Below, in pieces: positions 1 to 6,006 of a stretch of 64,000 bases of DNA. Where the stretch lies: positions 160,001 to 224,000 of the IMG/VR virus record IMGVR_UViG_3300027740_000003. One strand, written 5' to 3'. Source of the stretch: a virus (taxonomy: Duplodnaviria > Caudoviricetes). The position numbers and the translations under genes were made by a program. Below the pieces are notes generated by a model. That model had not been told where the DNA came from and did no database searches. It worked only from the letters and a program-made list of their open reading frames with translations. Each line of letters opens with the position of its first letter. The stretch's first letter is position 1.

Positions 1-307
1 CTCCATAAGAGAATACAGAACCGGCCATTCCTGGTTCCAGGATGCCCGCAGAGCCTGCTTCGTTCTCAGGACCACCCGCAGCTCCTGGATCAGTTCCTGC
101 TGTCTCAGAGCCACCTGAACCAATTATAATATCTCCTCCTGTTTCATTAGGAGCAGAGCCGGTAGCAATTCCACCGCCACCGGTAGTAATAGCAGATGTA
201 GAGCCAGCAATTCCATCTGGACTTGTACCGACATTTATACTATTTGGTGTAGAACAAGACAGTAGAATTGTTGCAATTATAGATGTTAGGAACTTATTTG
301 TTTTCAT
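1..307 (-). CDS. Putative lipoprotein with Gly/Ser/Thr-rich linker (partial, runs off window start)
   Basis: Manual translation from ATG at 307: MKTNKFLTSIIATILLSCSTPNSINVGTSPDGIAGSTSAITTGGGG...; basic N-terminus, hydrophobic stretch, lipobox-like LLSC; open to position 1. The track ORF 42..338(+) is its antisense shadow. Confidence 0.75.
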   Translation of the reverse strand, partial: MKTNKFLTSIIATILLSCSTPNSINVGTSPDGIAGSTSAITTGGGGIATGSAPNETGGDIIIGSGGSETAGTDPGAAGGPENEAGSAGILEPGMAGSVFSYG

Positions 308-375
308 TTTATCTTCTCATTTCTTTTATAGTTTGTAGGCTTGTTAACCATTAATATATGGATTTATTAGTTTAG

Positions 376-451
376 TAGACCCTCCCACAATTGCAGTGGG
401 GCAATCTCCCGGGTAAGAGCCGGGTGCTGTTCTCTGTCTAGCTTAGGGTCC
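376..451 (-). tRNA. tRNA-Lys(CUU)-like, non-canonical T-arm
   Basis: GGACCCT/AGGGTCT acceptor, GCT/AGC D-stem, CCCGG-CTCTTAC-CCGGG anticodon arm, 7-nt variable region, CCCAC-TGCAATT-GTGGG T-arm, A73, no encoded CCA. Confidence 0.65.
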
Positions 452-454
452 AAA

Positions 455-624
455 ATATTTTGTATAAAACGTGTAGCGCACACTTAAACATTCACACTGT
501 TTTAATGGAGTTAAACCATATATCCTTCCGCTGGAACGATATGTCTTCCGCTGGAACGATATGTTTCCGAACTTAACAGTGGATTATTTCCAGGCTCCTA
601 ACTGGGACTTTTTATACAAAATAT
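455..624 (-). ncRNA. Candidate structured RNA closed by a 15-bp perfect inverted repeat
   Basis: atattttgtataaaa (455-469) and ttttatacaaaatat (610-624) are exact reverse complements; several nested internal helices; ends 3 nt before the tRNA at 451. Confidence 0.4.
525..564. repeat. 20-bp tandem direct repeat, 2 copies
   Basis: cttccgctggaacgatatgt at 525-544 and 545-564, followed by partial ttccg. Confidence 0.95.
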
Positions 625-670
625 CCAATACAACATAGAGTTCTAGACCTCTTATTTGTTGTAATAGTTT

Positions 671-973
671 TTATTCTACAGATTTGTGTACATGATAATA
701 TGTTCTTTGCCAATCACTTTCGTTTTGATCATGATCATATTTGTCTCCCTTTTTACGATTCCTTTTTAAATGATTAATTTTCGCATATGGGGTTGAATTG
801 CTTGGCGTAAAACTCCATCCCGGGAGTTTGGAAATATTCATAATTGTTTTATGCACCATATTTTTTGATGCATTGAATTTCTTTGCTAATTCTTCCAAAG
901 TTATATAGGAATCATTTTGTAATGATGATATTAAAGACAGTTGTAGATCTTCTAATTGTTTTTGTTTGTTCAT
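671..973 (-). CDS. Small winged helix-turn-helix protein
   Basis: YITLEELAKKFNASKNMVHKTIMNI matches an HTH pattern; basic C-terminus; TTG start. Confidence 0.6.
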   Translation of the reverse strand: MNKQKQLEDLQLSLISSLQNDSYITLEELAKKFNASKNMVHKTIMNISKLPGWSFTPSNSTPYAKINHLKRNRKKGDKYDHDQNESDWQRTYYHVHKSVE

Positions 974-988
974 TATAGCTTCCTTTTG

Positions 989-1061
989 TCAGCATATTCT
1001 GATTTGAACAGAAACTATATGGTCCCAGGCCATAGGTACTACCAGGTTATACTATATGCTG
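989..1061 (-). tRNA. tRNA-Pro(UGG), C at position 33
   Basis: CAGCATA/TATGCTG acceptor (C1-G72, A73 typical of Pro), GTAT/GTAC D-stem, TATGG-CCTGGGA-CCATA anticodon arm, TTCTG-TTCAAAT-CAGAA T-arm; followed by CAA. Confidence 0.85.
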
Positions 1062-1064
1062 ATA

Positions 1065-1156
1065 AAGAATATGTTCCGATTCGAACGGAATTTAACCAAT
1101 ATAGGACTCGAACCTATTTAACCTCGTCAGGTTGGGAAACCCATCCCCATATTCTT
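1065..1156 (-). ncRNA. tRNA-like RNA with 9-bp acceptor-like stem and two T-arms
   Basis: AAGAATATG/CATATTCTT closes GGGA-TGGGTT-TCCC, AACCT-GACG-AGGTT, ATAGG-TTCGAGT-CCTAT and TTCCG-TTCGAAT-CGGAA; fills the gap between tRNA-Asp and tRNA-Pro. Confidence 0.6.
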
Positions 1157-1158
1157 AG

Positions 1159-1230
1159 CGCCTCCAAGGGAACTCGAATCCCTGTATCTGCTTCGACAGA
1201 GCAGTGTCCTTGCCGCTGAACGATGAAGGC
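1159..1230 (-). tRNA. tRNA-Asp(GUC)
   Basis: GCCTTCA/TGGAGGC acceptor, CTGCT-CTGTCGA-AGCAG anticodon arm, AGGGA-TTCGAGT-TCCCT T-arm, G73. Confidence 0.92.
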
Positions 1231-1237
1231 AATTACT

Positions 1238-1471
1238 TTATGCACACAATATAAACCTTATAGGTTCTTTAACAATTTCCCAACTAAATATACATTTTAA
1301 ACTTTTATAGTCGTATTCTGTTTTATATGGGACAACAACCGCACCAATAAGAGAACCATATTGGTTTACATATTTACATTTTAAATTATTCATGGCATTA
1401 GTGATTTTGTTAAATTTTCTTTCTCTAATTTCACCTGGTGTCAAAGAAACTGTTTCGATTATTCTTTCCAT
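1238..1471 (-). CDS. Hypothetical protein (77 aa)
   Basis: Likely start MERIIETV at 1471; the longer track ORF (to 1630) runs through the tRNA-His gene. Confidence 0.55.
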   Translation of the reverse strand: MERIIETVSLTPGEIRERKFNKITNAMNNLKCKYVNQYGSLIGAVVVPYKTEYDYKSLKCIFSWEIVKEPIRFILCA

Positions 1472-1483
1472 ATTATTCCTAAG

Positions 1484-1605
1484 AGGCCTGGGAGAGATTT
1501 GAACTCTCGACCCGGAACTTATCTTTGGATCTTCCAGACTTGAACTGGAAAGAGACGTGTATCTAGATCCCACAGGTTCCCGCTCTTCCTCTGAGCTACC
1601 AGGCC
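1484..1605 (-). tRNA. tRNA-His(GUG) with 50-nt anticodon-loop insertion (putative intron about 1569-1520)
   Basis: GGCCTGG/CCAGGCC acceptor with possible A-1:U73 pair, GCTC/GAGC D-stem, GGAAC...GTTCC anticodon stem enclosing CTGTGG[50 nt]A, GAGAG-TTCAAAT-CTCTC T-arm. Splice register, and so anticodon identity, is ambiguous. Confidence 0.75.
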
Positions 1606-1633
1606 TTGTATTAAAAAAAATATCACTCAATTA

Positions 1634-1824
1634 CTAAAGCTTGGGGTGCTCTGCCATTGAGCTAGTTATTCTGATTATTCATTTCTTCGAGCCGGCACAA
1701 AGACGGCAGTTAGCTACCTGCCTAGCATTGCTTTTGTCCTAAGACATAACGGCTGAGAGGAAATTGCCTTTGCAGGGCTGATTTCTTCAGAATAGCAAGG
1801 ATTCGAACCTCTTCTCCCCATTAG
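1634..1824 (-). ncRNA. Circularly permuted tRNA-like RNA (3' half precedes 5' half)
   Basis: TGGGG-AGAA-GAGG-TTCGAAT-CCTT-GCTATTCTG (1820-1788), then 114 nt, then CAGAATAAC-TA-GCTC-AATGGCA-GAGC-A-CCCCA (1673-1642); the acceptor-like and anticodon-like stems pair across the halves. Confidence 0.7.
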
Positions 1825-1898
1825 TGGCCTGAATCGGATTTGCGCCGATGACACCAAACTTTTCAGACTTGTGCTCTACGTAGCTGAGCTATCAGGCC
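1825..1898 (-). tRNA. tRNA-Phe(GAA), atypical T-loop
   Basis: GGCCTGA/TCAGGCC acceptor, CAAGT-CTGAAAA-GTTTG anticodon arm, ATCGG-CGCAAAT-CCGAT T-arm, A73. Confidence 0.85.
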
Positions 1899-1907
1899 AT
1901 ATATAAG

Positions 1908-1991
1908 TGGTGATGGTTGGATTTGCACCAACACAGGATAACCGGGAGTTTTACAGACTCTTGCCTTCGCTAAAAATAGGCGAGCACCACC
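1908..1991 (-). tRNA. tRNA-Tyr(GUA), long variable arm, atypical T-loop
   Basis: GGTGGTG/CATCACC acceptor, CTGTAAA anticodon loop, 12-nt variable region, GTTGG-TGCAAAT-CCAAC T-arm, A73. Confidence 0.85.
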
Positions 1992-2037
1992 AAAACAACT
2001 ATTTAATTTTCATAGAACAATAGAATTTCTTCTATTA

Positions 2038-2113
2038 TGGTGAACCCAATCGGATTTGAACCGACGTTCTTCCGGGTGAGAGCCGGATGATTTTTCCGCT
2101 AATCTATGGGTCC
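2038..2113 (-). tRNA. tRNA-Glu(CUC)
   Basis: GGACCCA/TGGGTTC acceptor, TCCGG-CTCTCAC-CCGGA anticodon arm, GTCGG-TTCAAAT-CCGAT T-arm, encoded CCA. Confidence 0.95.
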
Positions 2114-2148
2114 AAAACAAAAACCCGGCAACTTCTTCAAGTTCCGGG
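2114..2148 (-). terminator. Rho-independent terminator-like hairpin
   Basis: Minus strand: CCCGG-AACTT-GAAG-AAGTT-G-CCGGG followed by TTTTTGTTTT. Confidence 0.6.
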
Positions 2149-2353
2149 CCGTGCATCCTTTTTCTTTCTGAGGTTTATTTCCTTTCCTCCATTGCACAAC
2201 CCGAAACATTACTAGGCTTATTAATAAAGCTATCCGGCTCCATATTATTATATGGAGAATGTTCCTGGAATTGTGTGGTTAATTTTATCATGTCCAAACC
2301 TATATCTTGTTATGCCTAGCCGTTCTCGACTTTTTCTTCGATTTTCTTTTATT

Positions 2354-2605
2354 CTACTCTATTATGTTTTTGATTATATACTCGGCACAGGACAATTTGT
2401 CCAATTCATAGTTCTTATTAATTATGAATAATGAATGGTAAAATCCACAGGAACCGTCTCTAAAAATGTGAAAATAAGTTCTACATATTGAACATTTATA
2501 TTTCGAGCAATAAGTATCTGACAATTTACTATAATTGTTTTCTATAAAATGAAACTCATGATCTTTTTTATATTTAGTTGGTATTGAATACCAAGGAGCT
2601 TCCAT
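2354..2605 (-). CDS. IKDIIE-tail family, His/CxxC/Cys zinc-finger class
   Basis: Start MEAPW at 2605 (TAATG overlap); KDHEF...CSIC...LSCAEYIIKNIIE-stop. Confidence 0.8.
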   Translation of the reverse strand: MEAPWYSIPTKYKKDHEFHFIENNYSKLSDTYCSKYKCSICRTYFHIFRDGSCGFYHSLFIINKNYELDKLSCAEYIIKNIIE

Positions 2606-2727
2606 TATTCTATTATGCTTTTTAAACATTTAAAATTATATCCATTAACAGTAGGAATAAAATCATGATCTTTTTTAATATCAGGTGGTATTTTCGCAAT
2701 TAGCGCTGGCCATGTATTTTTTAACAT
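2605..2727 (-). CDS. IKDIIE-tail family, 40-aa internally deleted member (not in ORF track)
   Basis: MLKNTWPALIAKIPPDIKKDHDFIPTVNGYNFKCLKSIIE-stop; coupled upstream by TGATG and downstream by TAATG. Confidence 0.7.
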   Translation of the reverse strand: MLKNTWPALIAKIPPDIKKDHDFIPTVNGYNFKCLKSIIE

Positions 2728-2978
2728 CACTCTATTATGTTTTTTATTATTATTTCATCGCAAGAAAGTGTTTTACCATTTATTATTGAATAATAAATAT
2801 AATTATGCTGCGGATATATATGGCATATTAATCCACATTTTAAACATCTATATTTCGACAGAAACCCTTGTTTGTTTTGTCCTTTATATCCAAAATATAT
2901 ATCAACATTCTTTTCAAATACATAATTATGATCTTTAATTTGATCATCTGGAATTTTGTGAAACGCTTCCTCTTTCAT
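2727..2978 (-). CDS. IKDIIE-tail family, zinc-finger class
   Basis: KIPDDQIKDHNY...CLKC...LSCDEIIIKNIIE-stop. Confidence 0.8.
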   Translation of the reverse strand: MKEEAFHKIPDDQIKDHNYVFEKNVDIYFGYKGQNKQGFLSKYRCLKCGLICHIYPQHNYIYYSIINGKTLSCDEIIIKNIIE

Positions 2979-3262
2979 TCTATTATATCTTTTATTATTA
3001 TTTCACTACAAGTAAGCGTTTGTAATTCTTCTGATAAATATAGTCCATTTTTTTGACTAAAATCTAATCCATCAGAAAATTGATGATGAAATTTTCCAAA
3101 TATAATTTTGCATTCATCGGAATAAATTCTTAATATAATTTTACATTTAGAGCAAATATACCTCGAATAAAATAATTTATTTGTAGTTAGGTATACGTTC
3201 GAAACAAATGTATAATCATGATCTTTTTTAATTTCTTCCGGAATTTTAAATGCGGGGGTCAT
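2975..3262 (-). CDS. IKDIIE-tail family, zinc-finger class
   Basis: Likely start MTPAF at 3262; KIPEEIKKDHDY...CSKC...LTCSEIIIKDIIE-stop. Confidence 0.8.
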   Translation of the reverse strand: MTPAFKIPEEIKKDHDYTFVSNVYLTTNKLFYSRYICSKCKIILRIYSDECKIIFGKFHHQFSDGLDFSQKNGLYLSEELQTLTCSEIIIKDIIE

Positions 3263-3593
3263 ATATACCAAGCTTCCCCCAATATAACTCAGCCACACGA
3301 TATGTCAACCCCGGCGGTCCAAATTTGTTGTTCTCAATCGCTGCCATTCCATTGTTAACATAAATAACTACATCCGCAAATATTCTGTTATTTAATTCCG
3401 TAAAAGGTCGCATCACCATCACTCTTTCACTATGGTTCCTTACCCATGTAGGATATCCAGGATTACTTGCTACATATCCATCAAATGCATACCCGTCCAT
3501 TAGTTGGGTTATAAATAATTGTTTTCTCAACGTATCCCGAACCTGGTCAGGCACATTGTTGTTCATAAACACAATGGCACCAGGTAATGTCAT
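3246..3593 (-). CDS. Hypothetical protein
   Basis: 115-aa ORF, start coupled to the upstream stop (TAATG), normal composition. Confidence 0.7.
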   Translation of the reverse strand: MTLPGAIVFMNNNVPDQVRDTLRKQLFITQLMDGYAFDGYVASNPGYPTWVRNHSERVMVMRPFTELNNRIFADVVIYVNNGMAAIENNKFGPPGLTYRVAELYWGKLGIYDPRI

Positions 3594-4051
3594 TAAGAGC
3601 TCCCAATGTTTACATCGAATCCTTCAGAAAGATCATTTACATCCTCTACTTCTTCTTTCTTTGTTTTCTTTTCATATCGGCAAAGGTCATTAGTATCAGC
3701 ATTATAAGAATATCTTTTCCCATCCTTGATATAAGCAACATCGTCTTCGTCTGTTCCAATATTAACTTCGTCAGCTCCAGAGAAATCCATGTTCCTAAGA
3801 ATTTCATGGGCTTTCTTCATCTCTGCTCTGGTTAATGCTTCCCCTTCCTTATGCTCTTCAATAAAAGTTTGAAGTTTGTCTAATTGGCTCTGAGCATCTT
3901 TAAGCGATGTGGATAAAGAAGAATACTGTTTCTTGAGTTTATCAAGAAATTTCTCCACAGACTTTCTATTGTTTTTTCCCTTGAGCTTTTCAGTCTTTTC
4001 TGTTTTTGCAGCAAGCTTCTCTAAAAATCTTCTTCTAACCAATTTATTCAT
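3593..4051 (-). CDS. Hypothetical coiled-coil/acidic protein
   Basis: 152-aa charged ORF with helical heptad character. Confidence 0.7.
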   Translation of the reverse strand: MNKLVRRRFLEKLAAKTEKTEKLKGKNNRKSVEKFLDKLKKQYSSLSTSLKDAQSQLDKLQTFIEEHKEGEALTRAEMKKAHEILRNMDFSGADEVNIGTDEDDVAYIKDGKRYSYNADTNDLCRYEKKTKKEEVEDVNDLSEGFDVNIGSS

Positions 4052-4084
4052 CGATGCATCCTTTGGATAAGATATTCCAATATT

Positions 4085-4537
4085 ATGTCAGAATATAACC
4101 TGCCTGATTATGGCACAAACATACATGAATATATAAGAGATAAAATCCAAACTGCTATGCAAAAAATCATCGGCGAACCAATGAACAACCAGGCCTTGTC
4201 AGTATTAGAATATAATTGCAAAGAAATAATCAAAAGTTTACCTTTTACAGTTATTGATAGTGAGATAATAGTTAAACAAGACGAATTCGATACGACCAAA
4301 ATAAACTTTACATTTCCATTTATTTCAGAAATACTTGGATATATTTTATTTGATCCGAAAAATGACAATCATTATTGGGATTATTTGTCTGATACTAATG
4401 TTTATTTAAATTCAGGACATTATACTTCTTTCAAATGCAGAAAATGTGGATTAGAAATGATTATAAATAACGGATGGAAGCTTGCCAAACAGAATCTGAC
4501 TTGCGAAGAAATGGTAATAAAAGATATAATTGAATGA
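4085..4537 (+). CDS. IKDIIE-tail family, zinc-finger class with extra N-terminal domain
   Basis: DNHYW...CRKC...LTCEEMVIKDIIE-stop; ATGA overlap with the next gene. Confidence 0.8.
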   Translation: MSEYNLPDYGTNIHEYIRDKIQTAMQKIIGEPMNNQALSVLEYNCKEIIKSLPFTVIDSEIIVKQDEFDTTKINFTFPFISEILGYILFDPKNDNHYWDYLSDTNVYLNSGHYTSFKCRKCGLEMIINNGWKLAKQNLTCEEMVIKDIIE

Positions 4538-5157
4538 CCGCAACATCTTTAAGCAAACTACGAAGCCTTCCTTATCACGAAAGGATAAAATTTATCTTCC
4601 TTCAAAATAATTGGTTTGAAGAAACTTTGTATTTATTAAAAGATTATCCAAATTGGGACCACGATGAACTAGAAAAGAAATTGGCTATCGAAATAACATC
4701 ACATGAATGTGTTAATTTATTTAATGTTTGTGCTTTGTTAAAACACAGGGGTATAAATTTTGACAGAATGTTTTCTTACATTCTACAACACATTCCTATA
4801 TATCATCTTTCAGATTCTCTCTACGAACCCACCGTTATAATAGAGTGTATTGTTAAATCTGAGAAAATAAATTCTCTAAATGCATTTATTCGCTTTCTTT
4901 CTGAAAAAGAAAATGATGAAAGTTATTTTAATAATTTATTTTGTTATAATTCTATAGTAAATAACATCGATCATTTAATACATCAAAATAAAGAAAAATT
5001 TATTGATTTTAATACTATTATAGATGTGTGTTTGAAAAATTTAAATAAAGACCGCCGTGCCGCACACATTTTGTCCACATTATTAAAATTGCTGAAAAAC
5101 AAAGATTTAATTCAGAAAATAAAAGATAATTTGTTGATTTATGATATTATGACGTAA
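4534..5157 (+). CDS. Helical hypothetical protein with divergent tail
   Basis: Ends KIKDNLLIYDIMT-stop, alignable to the D(N/Q)LxIKDIIE tail. Confidence 0.7.
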   Translation: MTATSLSKLRSLPYHERIKFIFLQNNWFEETLYLLKDYPNWDHDELEKKLAIEITSHECVNLFNVCALLKHRGINFDRMFSYILQHIPIYHLSDSLYEPTVIIECIVKSEKINSLNAFIRFLSEKENDESYFNNLFCYNSIVNNIDHLIHQNKEKFIDFNTIIDVCLKNLNKDRRAAHILSTLLKLLKNKDLIQKIKDNLLIYDIMT

Positions 5158-5338
5158 TCTTTTCCAAAGAGGAGAGATAATATCTTAGTACATACGGTTT
5201 GCCACGTTCTGGAACAAAACATACATAGGAATCCAAGTCTCCATTCTCATCTTCCCATATTTTTACCACAATACCTGTTTCTAGATTGCCATTGCAATCA
5301 TAAAAAACCCAATCGCCAACCTTAATATCTTTTTCCAT
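5147..5338 (-). CDS. Small KOW/SH3-like protein
   Basis: MEKDIKVGDWVFY...TGIVVKI pattern; likely start at 5338. Confidence 0.6.
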   Translation of the reverse strand: MEKDIKVGDWVFYDCNGNLETGIVVKIWEDENGDLDSYVCFVPERGKPYVLRYYLSSLEKITS

Positions 5339-5726
5339 TATTTTCCCTGGTATACAAAATTGTTTCTGCAACGTGAAATCCTGCATTAAGCTCTTCTTTA
5401 TGTTTATTTAAATCCGATGCTGTTTCGGGTCCAATTACTTTAAATGCTATAACTTTATCTAAGACATCTTCTGGTAATTGGGCTAATACCTCTGCTACAC
5501 TAGGTTTAAAAAAACCATAATAAGCATATGTATGCAAAGTCGGTAGTGATGCGAATTCTTTTAACCCTTTTGCTTTACAATCTTTTTCAGCCCATGAAAA
5601 AGACTCATTTCTAAGATCACAGGATTTGTAATAAAACAATTCGCCATTTTCTTCTTTTGCCGGCCTGATTCTTTTGCTTAGCTCTTCAAGTTTTTCGTCA
5701 GATATCTTTGGGATCTTTATTTCCAT
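5322..5726 (-). CDS. Hypothetical protein
   Basis: 134-aa ORF in the minus-strand gene run. Confidence 0.7.
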   Translation of the reverse strand: MEIKIPKISDEKLEELSKRIRPAKEENGELFYYKSCDLRNESFSWAEKDCKAKGLKEFASLPTLHTYAYYGFFKPSVAEVLAQLPEDVLDKVIAFKVIGPETASDLNKHKEELNAGFHVAETILYTRENNGKRY

Positions 5727-6006
5727 TTTCGCTCCTATTATTAAACGGATTACACAAGTCAGCTATCTCGCCTAAAGCATAATATACATCAAATATATAA
5801 TCAGAAAGATCTAATAATTTACTGGCTAGCATTTTTCTTCCAGCCATTCTGTCTTTATTTGAATCAGACAATACTTTATCATGCAACTGAAACATGAATT
5901 CACACAGAGTCTCGTAATTCAGGTTCCCGAAGTTTTCTGCCCAAGCTTTCATATCTAATACATTTGAAGGAATTTTGGGACTTTTGGGGTGTTTTTCTGC
6001 CGACAT
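5698..6006 (-). CDS. Hypothetical protein
   Basis: 102-aa ORF overlapping its neighbours. Confidence 0.55.
   Translation of the reverse strand: MSAEKHPKSPKIPSNVLDMKAWAENFGNLNYETLCEFMFQLHDKVLSDSNKDRMAGRKMLASKLLDLSDYIFDVYYALGEIADLCNPFNNRSENGNKDPKDI

Noticed and set aside
42-338. Pro-rich plus-strand ORF and the many other short plus-strand track ORFs (e.g. 956, 5964, 11590, 16674, 45209, 62051)
   Set aside because: Antisense shadows of better-supported minus-strand genes or tRNAs; no motifs.
525-564. 20-bp direct repeats as a CRISPR array
   Set aside because: Two adjacent copies with no spacer; no cas genes. No CRISPR array was seen in the window.
1065-1156. Selenocysteine tRNA (long acceptor and long variable arm)
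   Set aside because: No UCA anticodon and a very short D-arm.
1634-1824. Two-piece (permuted) tmRNA
   Set aside because: Has a full D-stem and anticodon stem, no G3:U70 alanine determinant, no CCA and no tag reading frame.
2975-2995. TATAAT inside the tail codons (GAT ATA AT) as a -10 box for leaderless transcription
   Set aside because: Only 3 nt from the ATG (too close), no consistent -35, and several copies read CATAAT, TATTAT or TATCAT.
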